Shown piece after piece: positions 18,918 to 29,500 of a DNA stretch of 64,000 nucleotides. The DNA lies in IMG/VR virus record IMGVR_UViG_3300012943_000029, positions 92,922-156,921 of that record. One strand, 5' to 3'. Source of the DNA: a virus. The position numbers and the translations under genes are program-made. Each line of letters opens with the position of its first letter. Position 1 is the stretch's first letter. The notes below the pieces were generated by a model. The model did not search any database and was not told where the DNA came from. It saw only the letters and a program-made list of their open reading frames with translations.

Positions 18918-19771
18918 ACCGCCATCTCACCCTTGATTGAGCTGTGCGAAACATAGTTCATCAGCTCAATGTCTTCCATCTTGAAGGCATCGATATCAGT
19001 GACGTTTGGGTTCAGCTTCAATGTTGGTGCCGCATATGGTTCACGTGACAGCTGCTCGTTCACCTGATCAAGGTGGTTCAGGTAGATGTGCGCATCGCCA
19101 ATGTTGATGATCAGCTCGCCAGGCTTGTAACCAGTTGCTTGAGCAAGGAGATGCACGAACAGAGCGTACGATGCCATATTGAACGGCAACCCTAGGAACA
19201 AATCGTTCGAGCGAATGTAGACGACACAGTTCAGCTCCTGCTTCTCCATAGAGACGTGGAACTGAGCAAACATGTGGCATGGTGGCAGCGCCATCTGGCT
19301 GAGTTCGCCGGGGTTGAACGCCGTCAACACCATGCGGCGGTCTGCCGGATTTGTCTTCAGTGACTTGACAATGTTGGCAAGCTGGTCAGTTTCAATTTCC
19401 TCTTGACCTGTCTGCCAATGACGCCACTGAACGCCGTACACTCGGCCGAGGTCTCCCTCGAACTTCGCCTTTGGCTTCCAGTAGTCTGCATTTGCATTTG
19501 CCGTCCAGATGGTGGTGCGAGCTGGATCGCGGGTGCCGTAGGTAATCTCGGCAAGACGCCGCTCGTCTGAGCTGCCTTCAATGAACCACAACAACTCGCC
19601 AACTACTGGTTTCCACGCGACCTTCTTTGTCGTTATGAGTGGGAACCCCTCGCTGAGGTGGTGGCGCATCGTGATGCCGAAGAGTGAGAGCGTGCCCACC
19701 CCAGTGCGATCAATTTTCTTCTCGCCCTTGTCGCGAACATAGCCGAGCAGATCTAGGTATTCGTATTCCAT
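18914..19771 (-). CDS. thyA: Thymidylate synthase
   Basis: DRTGVGT, ELLWF, YG.QWR, MALPPCH, RSNDLFLGLPFN, DAHIY motifs. Confidence 0.97.
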   Translation of the reverse strand: MEYEYLDLLGYVRDKGEKKIDRTGVGTLSLFGITMRHHLSEGFPLITTKKVAWKPVVGELLWFIEGSSDERRLAEITYGTRDPARTTIWTANANADYWKPKAKFEGDLGRVYGVQWRHWQTGQEEIETDQLANIVKSLKTNPADRRMVLTAFNPGELSQMALPPCHMFAQFHVSMEKQELNCVVYIRSNDLFLGLPFNMASYALFVHLLAQATGYKPGELIINIGDAHIYLNHLDQVNEQLSREPYAAPTLKLNPNVTDIDAFKMEDIELMNYVSHSSIKGEMAV

Positions 19772-19979
19772 GTTGTATTTCTTATCTGGTGCAGATATTT
19801 ATCGGGTCATCTGATCAACAATAGGATCAGAATTTCATTCCATACTGAAAGCATGAAGTTCTTAATTTTTTGAAGGAGTGAAAGCGGTTCGCGAACGACA
19901 ACAAGGGTTCCCAAATCTGCAGCATCAATGTTTGAGAATGAGATCCGTACGTATCCGTATTTTTCCTGAACAGGATCCA

Positions 19980-20312
19980 TTACTCGTACGTTCTTTCCCA
20001 GTCACGTGGCTGACGTGTTCCGTCGCTATAGATGCTGATCATGCGCTTGTACTTCACCTCTTGGCCAACCATCACAGGTCCGAGGATTTGACCGAACTTT
20101 CCGGTCTCGTACTTCACAACACACTTCACTAGACGCTGGACTGGAACACACTGCCCAACCTCAGCGATCTTCTCAGTCTTGGTCTCCCATTCCCAGGTGC
20201 TTGACAACGCATCGCACCCAGCCATTAAGGCTGCAGCGAGCAGAAGAATTGAAAGCTTAGTCACCAATTGACACCACCTTTCCATACACTCCGTCGGGAC
20301 TAACCCAACCAT
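19980..20312 (-). CDS. Putative lipoprotein (start probably near 20275)
   Basis: Lipobox LMAGC after a hydrophobic stretch. Confidence 0.55.
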   Translation of the reverse strand: MVGLVPTECMERWCQLVTKLSILLLAAALMAGCDALSSTWEWETKTEKIAEVGQCVPVQRLVKCVVKYETGKFGQILGPVMVGQEVKYKRMISIYSDGTRQPRDWERTYE

Positions 20313-20562
20313 TCACAAAACCTGAGGCGTTCGATATCTGATAGCGGTTCGCTGAGGAGACCGCAGAGATGAAGTGCAGGTACTGCCTTCCATTCACCTT
20401 ACAGAGAACGATGTCGCCCTTCTTCAAGAGGAACAAATTCGATGGCTTGACGACAACTGTCTGCCCACTTTCAATGTGGGGGCGCATTGAGTTACCGCGC
20501 GGCTTGAACGTTACCGTCTTTCCCGCCTTCAGCTGTTCAATGTAGGCGGTCGCCCAGCTCAA
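20257..20562 (-). CDS. S24/S26-family peptidase-like protein
   Basis: GNSMRP, GDIVL motifs; likely TTG start. Confidence 0.7.
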   Translation of the reverse strand: MSWATAYIEQLKAGKTVTFKPRGNSMRPHIESGQTVVVKPSNLFLLKKGDIVLCKVNGRQYLHFISAVSSANRYQISNASGFVNGWVSPDGVYGKVVSIGD

Positions 20563-21017
20563 ACGATCTCTACCCTCGCGCAGTACTTGCCCTTCCAGGC
20601 GGCATACGCTTCCTTGATGAACGAAGGTGGCTTCGGTGGTGGCGCAGGAATGCGACCTTCTTCGATTTCCCACTCGCGCCTACGCTTCTTCGCCTTCCAA
20701 CGTTCCCATAGAAAAGCGATGCCAACACATGCGCCGCCGAAAAGTTCAGCGCCAAACATACCAGTGCCGAAGTTGGCCCACTTTTGACCGCCGATGTTGG
20801 CATCGAAGAGGTACCAGCAGAGCGCGTTGATCGGCCCAACGATGGCACCTGCAAAAATCACCGCGCAGATGCTGACAATCAAGGTCCACATGAAGAGCCC
20901 CCATAGCACGCAGCGCGTGTACGCGCAGATGTCACGATGTGAGTGGCGGCTAAAGCCTCCAGTCGATGTCGCGAGGAAGTGGTGCCAGGTTCCGTCTTTG
21001 ATCTTGATTGTGTTCAT
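20559..21017 (-). CDS. Membrane protein (2 TM)
   Basis: Two hydrophobic helices. Confidence 0.65.
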   Translation of the reverse strand: MNTIKIKDGTWHHFLATSTGGFSRHSHRDICAYTRCVLWGLFMWTLIVSICAVIFAGAIVGPINALCWYLFDANIGGQKWANFGTGMFGAELFGGACVGIAFLWERWKAKKRRREWEIEEGRIPAPPPKPPSFIKEAYAAWKGKYCARVEIV

Positions 21018-21021
21018 GAGG

Positions 21022-21546
21022 TCATTCTACCTTCTTGCTAACCTGAAGTAAACCGCGGGTGCTGAGAACGCTGAGAACGTCTGAGACGATTGAGCGGGCC
21101 GTGTTGTGGTGGTACTCAGGTCGAAGGTGGTTGCCGGCCACGTTGAGCACCTCGATTGAATTCGCGGCGATCCAGTCGGCAATCTCTTCACCACACTCGC
21201 CGGTTGGAACCTGAACTATGTGAGAAGGCTTGCCCCACTTCTTGATGAATTTCCTGGTTAGCGCGGTGCCTGGCGAGCTGAGCGCTGAGGCGATGATGAG
21301 AGTTCCATCTCCAAGCTTCACGTTCTCTTCAGTTCGCGGTGGATAGCCTGGAGCCTGGTGCTCAAGCAGCCCAAACTTGTCACGTAGCGTAACGTCTTGC
21401 CCGCGAGCCGTTCTCCACCCGCGTGGGGCCCAACCGCCGGTCCTTACCCCTGCGCTGTGAGCTGCCTCGATGGCGCCACGATCCACTCCATCCTGTCCAC
21501 CTGAGATGACCTGCTTCAGTCCAGCATAGTCCATCTCAAGCAGCAT
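21022..21546 (-). CDS. MoCo-carrier-like (DprA/SLOG fold) protein
   Basis: ISGGQDGVD, GGWAP.G, YPPRT..NV...DGTL, LNVAG motifs. Confidence 0.8.
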   Translation of the reverse strand: MLLEMDYAGLKQVISGGQDGVDRGAIEAAHSAGVRTGGWAPRGWRTARGQDVTLRDKFGLLEHQAPGYPPRTEENVKLGDGTLIIASALSSPGTALTRKFIKKWGKPSHIVQVPTGECGEEIADWIAANSIEVLNVAGNHLRPEYHHNTARSIVSDVLSVLSTRGLLQVSKKVE

Positions 21547-22528
21547 CTGGCGTTTCCTTTTCGGCTCTCTCAGCAATGACGGCGTCGAGCGCCGTTTTCA
21601 TCTCGCTGAGCTCCTTGTCCGTATAGTCCTTGAGCTGCTTGACAACTGGGAAGACGCGCAGCATGCAGTTGCCGCGTCGAACGGCGCGAGGATCAGTCCA
21701 GTACCCCTTCTCCTTCAAGTTGAGGAGGGCCCCGATACCAAGGCCAGCCGGAATGCGCACGTTGAGAACCACGCCATCGATCGTCTTGAACTCGATGAAG
21801 CCGCCAGTGATCATTGTGAGGGCAGACACAGCAATGTTCTTCATGATGTTGCCGCCCTGATAGTCTGACGTTCCATACTGGACGTTGTAGTCAGAGCGCA
21901 CGCGCACGTACACGAGCACGGTTGCATTTGATGTTTCAATCTTCTGAACACGCTCGCCGTCCGAAACGCCGGCAGGTATCTTCACCTGGATCATTCGTCC
22001 TGAGATGGACGCTGGATCAGGTACGCTTATCTGGCGCATGCCGCCGACGAACGCCTCTTCAAGCGTGACATTGACAATGTGCGTCAGCGTTTGAAATTTG
22101 TTGTACTCGTGGTTCTTGGCGCCGGGCCCAGAGGCGCCCCAGTTTGTCTGGTACTCCTCGTTGTTTCCCTCAGGCTTCGGGCGTTCCTTCTTGAACCGGT
22201 CGCTCTCCTCCTTGTACTGCCGCATCATTTCTTCGTACGCCGTCTTCAGCGCGTCGTTGATGTCGGCAACGTCCTCAGCAGTTGCGCCCGACCAGTAGCG
22301 GCGCTCGCCGCGATATTGGTTGCTGCTACTGTTCGAGGAGGTGCCCGCCTTGCCGCTCTCGATGAGCTCAAAGGCCTCCTTGATTTCCTTGAACTTTGCC
22401 TCAGCCCCGGCTTCCTTGTTGCGGTCGGGGTGGTACTTCATCGCTAGGCGACGGTACTGCTTCTTGGCATCCTCCACCGTAGCTGAAGGATCAAGCTCAA
22501 GGATTTGGTAGGCCTCTTGACGGTTCAT
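21536..22528 (-). CDS. dnaJ: DnaJ-family co-chaperone (J-domain plus C-terminal domain, no zinc finger)
   Basis: YRRLAMKYHPDRN...FKEIKEA J-domain; VTLEEAF.G and VKIPAGV motifs. Confidence 0.9.
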   Translation of the reverse strand: MNRQEAYQILELDPSATVEDAKKQYRRLAMKYHPDRNKEAGAEAKFKEIKEAFELIESGKAGTSSNSSSNQYRGERRYWSGATAEDVADINDALKTAYEEMMRQYKEESDRFKKERPKPEGNNEEYQTNWGASGPGAKNHEYNKFQTLTHIVNVTLEEAFVGGMRQISVPDPASISGRMIQVKIPAGVSDGERVQKIETSNATVLVYVRVRSDYNVQYGTSDYQGGNIMKNIAVSALTMITGGFIEFKTIDGVVLNVRIPAGLGIGALLNLKEKGYWTDPRAVRRGNCMLRVFPVVKQLKDYTDKELSEMKTALDAVIAERAEKETPDAA

Positions 22529-22791
22529 AGATACCCGTTGAACCACTTGAGCCGCATTGCATTCAGCAGCTCAGCCGTGAGCGGGTAATCTGGAATGTTG
22601 TCAGGTAGAACCGCGTCAATGCCGCAGTACGGGCAGTTAGCCGTCTGTCCACCATCTGTCCACTCAAGGATGCGAGCTGGTCGAATGCGCTGCGTGCAGG
22701 CGAAGCAACCGCACAGCTCGCTGCGCAGCACCTCATCGCGGTGAAACGACGAGTGCTTGTGGAGAACTGTGAGGTGAAGGTCGTCCGCCAT
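22525..22791 (-). CDS. Zinc-ribbon protein
   Basis: CGCFAC...TANCPYCGIDAV. Confidence 0.7.
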   Translation of the reverse strand: MADDLHLTVLHKHSSFHRDEVLRSELCGCFACTQRIRPARILEWTDGGQTANCPYCGIDAVLPDNIPDYPLTAELLNAMRLKWFNGYL

Positions 22792-22792
22792 G

Positions 22793-23002
22793 TCAGTTGA
22801 TCTGGCTGCCGATCTTCTTCTTGAGATTGGCCACGTCAGTCTGAGCTGTTTCCAGCTTGGCCTCGTAGAGGCGCTTCTGATCGGGGTCCTTCGAGGTGGC
22901 GATCAGGGTGCCATACTCGGCGATGTTTGCCTCACGGCGGACAAGGGCACCTTTGCGACGTGCCTGGGCTTGGACGTTATTGCTCATGCGTTCCTCCAGC
23001 AC
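22793..23002 (-). CDS. Small helical protein
   Basis: ORF downstream of a TAGAAT box, with GGAGG RBS before MSNN. Confidence 0.55.
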   Translation of the reverse strand: MLEERMSNNVQAQARRKGALVRREANIAEYGTLIATSKDPDQKRLYEAKLETAQTDVANLKKKIGSQIN

Positions 23003-23064
23003 GTGATGTGCCTTCGTTGGGTTGTTTGAAGCTACATTCTATCTATCGGCTTTGCGCCGATAAA

Positions 23065-24351
23065 CTACGCGCGATCAGTGACGATCAACTTGTGGATGAT
23101 GCCCTTTTCCTGGCACAGGTTGCACCACGCAATGACCTCGTCCACCGTTCTGAACTTCGGAAGCACCAGCGCCTGGCTGGCCGCGTCGCGTTGATATGAG
23201 ATAGGCATTGTGCGGTGCCACGAGTTGTGGCCAGCTGTGATCGTAAACTTCGCGTCATTGATGTCGAGCGTACCCATGCAGCTCTTGCTCTTATCGTTGA
23301 AGATTGAGCTCTGCTGGTCGAAGTGGCTCGAGAACAGCCTGTCACCTTCCTTGAGGATCAGAAAGTCGGGCCAGTCGTTGAAAAAGTGCATCTGACCGGC
23401 AGACTTCTCGGTGCTAGCCGTGAAGTGGTGACGCATATGGCCAATAGATTTCAGCTGCTTCTCGAATTCCATTCCGGTGATGGGGCGCGTGGTGTACCGC
23501 AGGTGTACCGGCTTCTCCTCACCGACCCAACGAATGTTGCCTTTCTTGGCGGCCGAGGCGAAGCGAAGTTCACCGTCAAGCCACACCTCTCGTTGGTGAG
23601 CCGTCATCTTCTTTCCGGTCGGGCTGATCAGCGGGGCTTTCTTGTAGAAGGTTGCCACCTTGGTCTCAGCGGAGTACACAGCGTCGTAAAGCTCAGGCTC
23701 ACCGATGCCGCGCGAGTACGCCCTTGCCTCGAAGACGTGCTCGTCAATCTTAATGCGAGCATGTTCATTGCCGTGTTCGACATAGTCGTCAGGTGAAACC
23801 CAACGCTTGCCGACGTAGTAGGCCGACGTGCCATCGAGAAGCAGGTACTCAAGACCCTCTTCACCCTTGCCAGTCTTCGGCTTCTTCAGGCTTTCAGCGG
23901 CAAGGATCGCGTTCTTGAACTCTTCACTGCTCTCGTGCAGCAGAATGTTGGTTGAGCCGTCACGACCCCACAGGCACCTGCCTGGTATCTCGCCGCCTGG
24001 CTGGATGCCGCAGACGAGGAGGAGCGCCATCAGGTTCTGCGACTGGATTTCAAGCTCGTACCCATACGGGTCGTACACGCGAAAGACCACGTTGCCGCCA
24101 CCCCAGTAAACGCGCTTGACGTCGTCGGTGATCTTGAAGCCGGTGCGTGGAACATTCTCCACGATCTTGGTATCTGGGGTCTTGCGATCGTAGCCGCGGC
24201 ACCATGTATCGACGGTCTCCTGCCGCTTGCGTCCCTGTGCGTTGTCCTCATATGGCGTGGCGAAGCCGAGCTTCTCAGTACCACGACCTTGCGTCTTCAC
24301 TCCAACGTAGAGCTGAGAGAACACCTTCATCTTTCGATTGACTTCTGTCAT
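23065..24351 (-). CDS. Hypothetical phage protein (428 aa)
   Basis: Long ORF with phage-like codon usage; no motif recognised with confidence. Confidence 0.7.
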   Translation of the reverse strand: MTEVNRKMKVFSQLYVGVKTQGRGTEKLGFATPYEDNAQGRKRQETVDTWCRGYDRKTPDTKIVENVPRTGFKITDDVKRVYWGGGNVVFRVYDPYGYELEIQSQNLMALLLVCGIQPGGEIPGRCLWGRDGSTNILLHESSEEFKNAILAAESLKKPKTGKGEEGLEYLLLDGTSAYYVGKRWVSPDDYVEHGNEHARIKIDEHVFEARAYSRGIGEPELYDAVYSAETKVATFYKKAPLISPTGKKMTAHQREVWLDGELRFASAAKKGNIRWVGEEKPVHLRYTTRPITGMEFEKQLKSIGHMRHHFTASTEKSAGQMHFFNDWPDFLILKEGDRLFSSHFDQQSSIFNDKSKSCMGTLDINDAKFTITAGHNSWHRTMPISYQRDAASQALVLPKFRTVDEVIAWCNLCQEKGIIHKLIVTDRA

Positions 24352-24526
24352 TACTACGCCTCTTCTGCGTTTGCGGTAAGGAAGATCTTCTTGTAGCTGT
24401 CGGCAGAGCCGAGAAACATTTTGTGTGGCACTGGCGGCTGCGGGTTCTTTGGATCCTGCTTGCCAAGCGGCTGCACTACGGCAAGGCGCTCCATGAAGTC
24501 ATCCCACATTTCTTCTGGCGTTTTGA

Positions 24527-25267
24527 TCATATTACCACCGGTCGGCTCTGAAGAACGTGCAGCTTGCCGTCGTGATCTATAGCCCATTCGATTTCCTGTG
24601 GGCGGTGACAGTGCCGCGCAATATCGATGCCTAGCACGCGAAGGTTGTCGAGCTGGCTCTCGCTCAGCAGCTGATCGTCGCAGGCAAGGTATGAGGTTAT
24701 GCACGAGCCGTTCTTCGCCACGTCGTAGTGGTCAGGTGTCAGCTCACCGCTGACGAGGGCGGCGCAGGAACCAGGTACGGCCTCGATGACGACCGTTTCA
24801 TTGTCGCCGTTCATTGGGTTGCACGTCATCATCACGCCGCCGATCTTCGCGTTGATCATGCGCTGGACTATCACGGCCATCTGCGCATCGATAAGCCCAG
24901 CACCCATCCTATAAGCTACCGCCGTTCGGGATAGCAGGCTATCAAGGCACTGACGAGCGAACTCTTCTATGCGCAGCGCCTCGACGTTGAGGTAGGTGTC
25001 GTGCATCCCAGCGCAGCTTGCGGCTGCGCTGTCTTCAATTGTGGCAGATGAGCGAACCGCAAAGAGGGTTGGACCATCGGTCTGCAGCTTCGCGACGGCC
25101 CTGGTCAGCTCGGTGTCCAGCTGATCGGACTTGAACGCACCAACCCTTATGACGAAGCCTGCTGGAACTTGGAACCCCCAGCGCATGAGGGCACCCAGCA
25201 TCGCGGCCTTGCCGCCAACAAACTCACCTTCTTCCAGCGAGACATCCTTGAGGTCGCTGATAAGCAT
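24527..25267 (-). CDS. Stand-alone PPDK_N / PEP-synthase ATP-grasp domain
   Basis: VGGKA, VP.GF, AVRSSA..ED...S.AG..DTYLNV, MAVIVQ.M, IEWA, LQSRP motifs. Confidence 0.88.
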   Translation of the reverse strand: MLISDLKDVSLEEGEFVGGKAAMLGALMRWGFQVPAGFVIRVGAFKSDQLDTELTRAVAKLQTDGPTLFAVRSSATIEDSAAASCAGMHDTYLNVEALRIEEFARQCLDSLLSRTAVAYRMGAGLIDAQMAVIVQRMINAKIGGVMMTCNPMNGDNETVVIEAVPGSCAALVSGELTPDHYDVAKNGSCITSYLACDDQLLSESQLDNLRVLGIDIARHCHRPQEIEWAIDHDGKLHVLQSRPVVI

Positions 25268-25498
25268 CAGTCGATGGCCTTGACAAGAACAGAGATGACG
25301 GCGCACAGCGCCATGATCATGGCGGCAACGCCAGCTGCCACTGCACCAAAGCCAAACACGTCAAGCGACATGGTGACTTCGGCAATTGATGCAAGCTTTT
25401 TCAGCCCGATGCAGATTGCCGAGAAGCCGAGCAGCGTGGCCGCGGCGACGGCAAAGCGAACAGCTGCTGAGATGATCTTGATCTGCATGCGGTTCTCC

Positions 25499-26395
25499 TT
25501 ACTTGTTCAAGTCGTCGTAGAGGGCCTGCACCTTCGCGAGGTGTGAGGCGTCCTGTGGGACGCCGCGGTTCACCTGCAGGAAGAGCTCGAGCATTTCCTT
25601 GCGGTTGACGTTCTCTTCCTCGATCATGCGGTACGAGCACATCATGTTCATGATCGCGTGCTGATCCTTCCAGTTGAGCTGCGAAAACTTGCGTCCCTTG
25701 TATGCCCACTGGTTGGTGATGTACTGGATCAGCGTCGTCAGCCGCTGCTGCCCGTCGATGATCTCGATGGCATAGTTGTTCTTCTTCGGCACGAAGATCG
25801 TGTCACCCTGAAGAGTGATGTACTTGACGGGTGTATCGTCATCCTTGTGGAGATAGCCGTGGTTGCGAACGAAGATGAAGCCGCCGATCGTCGTGCGGTT
25901 GAAGATGGACTCGAGCAGTGCCTCGCGATCGCTCTGCGTCCACACGTACCCGCGCTGGTATTCAGGGTTGCACACAAGACCATCGTTGCCGTACATGTGT
26001 GCAACGGAATCGAAGGAGCAAGTAGTCACTGAGCCGCGCCATTCGGGGCGCGTGAACGCTGGTGCAGTAGCATCGTTCTCACCGCGGAAAGCTTCATACC
26101 ACCACCAAATTCCAAAGTTAAACTCAGGAAGTGGAACAGGATCCGATGTAGCTGAGCGTGGCTTGTTCAGAGGCCGATGCTTGATGAGAAGCGCTTTGCC
26201 ACCCTCGAGCACCTCGTGTACGACGCACTCGTCCAGATTTCCCACCTGAACTTTGTCGCCGACGCTGAACGTCCGGTCTGGAACCGCTATCGCTGATGCG
26301 CTGATCGCCGAGAAATTGTAGAAGTCGGCGTGCGCCCTCGCGATCAGCTCAGCTTCAGTTGGCGGTGCGACAGGGGCTTTGGGCTTACGGGCCAT
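25499..26395 (-). CDS. DUF262 (ParB/GmrS-like) domain protein
   Basis: PEYQRGYVW..., LLESI, IIDGQQRLTT, F..VN.G motifs. Confidence 0.85.
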   Translation of the reverse strand: MARKPKAPVAPPTEAELIARAHADFYNFSAISASAIAVPDRTFSVGDKVQVGNLDECVVHEVLEGGKALLIKHRPLNKPRSATSDPVPLPEFNFGIWWWYEAFRGENDATAPAFTRPEWRGSVTTCSFDSVAHMYGNDGLVCNPEYQRGYVWTQSDREALLESIFNRTTIGGFIFVRNHGYLHKDDDTPVKYITLQGDTIFVPKKNNYAIEIIDGQQRLTTLIQYITNQWAYKGRKFSQLNWKDQHAIMNMMCSYRMIEEENVNRKEMLELFLQVNRGVPQDASHLAKVQALYDDLNK

Positions 26396-26421
26396 GGAAA
26401 AACTCCTCGGTTGAGGGAGCC

Positions 26422-26468
26422 ATTCTATCACGAAGTGCAGGTCGGGTACACCAGCCACATTATGTTAA
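26422..26468 (-). promoter_or_regulatory. Sigma70-like promoter with TTAACATAA box
   Basis: TTAACATAA-N9-TGTACC-N17-TAGAAT. Confidence 0.7.
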
Positions 26469-26516
26469 ATGAGGACCAGGGCCTCCCGGTGGCAGGGCAT
26501 ATGACCCATCATCTCC

Positions 26517-29500
26517 TCAGGTATCTTGTCCCTGGCGTCCTCTGGTTGCCTTTGCTTGAAGCCAGAAGTCAACTACTCCCTGCTGCATCTGCAGGAATTC
26601 CTGCTCGCTTTTCAGCCACGCTGGCTTTGCAGTTGATGCGTTGGCCTCGATGCGGTCCTTGATCCTCTTGTGCAGCGCTTCGGCTGCAGCGAGGCCGCGG
26701 TTGATTTCGTCGATGACGCTCATAACATGATTGCCCTTTCTGGTGGAACACCCATCTTTTCTGCCCAGTCATCGCCGAGAACTGCCCTTACGGACGGGCC
26801 CAGGTACATGCTGCTTCGCCACCTGCTGGCCGTTGCGCGATGGTGGCGCAAAATTGTTTCGAGGCGCGGGTCGTAGTGCTTGAGGCCGGTGAATGACATG
26901 ATGCGACGCTTCAGGCGCCTCCCCTCCATGTCGATGCTCGTCGGTTTCGGGCCTGACATGGAGGCTCGCGCCTTGGCCAGCTTCTGGCGGTTCGACTTGC
27001 TCTTGCGCACTTCCTCTTCAGTCTGACCAGATTTTTGCATCATCTGCGTGAGCAGCTTCCGCTCGGCCTTGTTTGGGATGTGGCGTTCACCGCGCCCGAG
27101 AGGCTTGCCCAACTTTCGAGGGGCGAGGTGGCGGGCTAGTGGCCGATCATTGTAGTCTTCATCGTACATTTGCGAGCGCCTTTTCTAGGATTGCTGTCTC
27201 CGCCTTCATCGCATCTATGCGCGTCTGAAGAGCTTTCTTTCGCGCCTTCACAAACATTGCATCTGCTGCGGCCTTGCTCATCTTGCGCTTGCGCGGACGG
27301 AAGAGCTTCTCAAGCTGTTCCTTCTCGCCTGCCCTGAGGCGGAACGGGGCAGGATTTGGCGGCGTGAGACCCATCTTCTTGAAGCGTGGGTCGCGCGACA
27401 GGTACGACTGACACATGTACCGCATCTCGGCGTCGGTAAGATATACCTCAGCCTGTGGGTTCAACGCAAGCAGCTGCTTCGCGCGCTTCTTGCCAACGTT
27501 CTTCGTGAGGCGTTCGAGGGTGCGGCGCCAGCCGTTGGAGATGCAGATGTGCCGCCCATCGCCGTACGCGTAGGTCAGCGAGAACTCGTCATCCTTCGGC
27601 TCACCCTTGCGGAGATGAAGGTTTGTGCTGCAGCGTATGTAGCTCATGCGTTGAACCTGAACTGCTGATTGAGCTGCTTCTCCACCATGTCGCGCACCTC
27701 ACGAGAAGCTCCGTTGAGCTCCTCCTTTAGGAGGTTTCGCACCTTCGCGGAGATGCTGTTGTAGTGGGCCTCAGCCTTGTTTCCGGGCGACTGATCGGCC
27801 ATGTCGTCGACCTTCAGGCCGTTCCTTTCGAAGAGGTCGTTGCGGAAGGCGTCGACATCGACAACTGCGCCGTGTTCGTTCTTCAGCACCCACTTGCCAG
27901 CATGTGGACCACCTACGGCACGCTTGATGGTCCAGCCATTTGCGGCGGCGTATCCGATTTCACGTACCTCGATCATTTGATCTCCTTCGGCGTAAAGCCA
28001 CTGCAGGTTTCCAGCCACGCCGGGTCGAAGTTTCCGGGCCAGTTGAACCAACCAGAGCGCACGCCGTGCGGGTTGGCGGTGATGTTCAGCTGCCGGGCGG
28101 CCTTGACAGCTCGACCATCCAGCATCGCAACGATGCCATCAAACATGTCGCCGCTCGTTCCTGTTGCTGGGTTGGCGCACGCTGAGTGCGCGTCGCCTGG
28201 CACGCTGCGACGGTGAACGCACTCGTAGCAGTTTGGCTTGCTCATGCTGGGGCATCCGCAACGCTGACCATCTCTGGCGCTGTCTCGACATCTTCATACG
28301 CCTTGACTGGCGGACCCGACGTCTGCAGAACCTGGTACCCGACGATCAGCTTCTCATCAAGAAGCTTCGAGCCGACGACGTACAGCAGGTGCTTGTTCTC
28401 CTCGCTGGCGACGACGATCTTGTCGACGTTGCTGGTCCGTTTGGTCTTCGCAATGCTGACCTCGCCATCCTCCTTCTCGATCATGAGCAGGAAGGCAGGC
28501 TTTCGCTCAGGCTTCTTTCGAAAGAAGTGGTTGATGAGGGGGCGGGCACCGAGGACGATGAGAGCGCCACCGATTGCCGTGATGATGTAAGCTGTGTAGT
28601 TCATGTCTCCACCTTTGCCAGCTCATCGCTGACCCTGTCCAGGAAAACCTTCTTGATGCGAACCTCCGCGTTGCTGAGCTCACCATCGCAGGTGAGGTTC
28701 TCAGGCGAGAGCTCGGCCTCCAGCTTTTCCCGGAGCTGGATCTTGTCGTTGCTCGTAAGCGCTGCAGGGTTGATCTCCCTGCAGTTGAAAACTCTGGCCC
28801 ACTTGTTGTGGTCCTCAATGAAGCGCAGTAGCGCGAGCGAGGTTGTAGGAACTGCGCTCACAGGTCCGCGTCCCGACGCTCGTCCATCAGGCGGTCTGCC
28901 ATCGAGTGAACGTCGTTCTCGATGCCACTGTAGTGGTCAGCCAACCACTGGTGCGGGTCTCCATCGCGCGCCTTCATGGTGCCGTACGGCATGTCCTGAT
29001 AGTGCTTCTCGTACAGCGCGTCGAAGTTGCGCTCGATGAACTCGTCGAGCGGCAGCTTGCCAGCTTCGAACTGATCTTCATCGACGGTGAGCTGCGCTGC
29101 CTGGTTGATTTCGCGCTGCGAGCGGAAGGTTGCAATGTTCGTCATGTTGTTCTCCGTCAAACCGAAAGACCGAAAGCTTTGGCGCGGACCCTCGCCTCAG
29201 CAAGGCTTGGGTCTGGAATGTTGCGACCGCTCGTGTAGTCAGGGCCGTTGTCGCCGTAGCGAGCGATGACCGTCGGCAGCTCCTCCAGCTGGTAGCAGTG
29301 GTAGAGATCGACCTCGCCGCGGTGAAGATCGACGCGACGCCCGAGGAAGGTGCATGCGTGGCAGTCATGCTCGTACCGTGGGTTCTCGGCGGCGAGCTTT
29401 GCGACGCTGATCATCGCGACCGCGTCCTTCGCTCGCTGCACTATCGAGGCAGTGTGGATCGATCCACCGAGTGTGGCGAGCGTCTCCACAAGGAACTGCG

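Noticed and set aside
18914-19771. thyA as a base-modifying dCMP/dUMP hydroxymethylase
   Set aside because: It has canonical thymidylate synthase motifs including the dUMP-specifying Asn (GLPFN), and no modification genes are nearby
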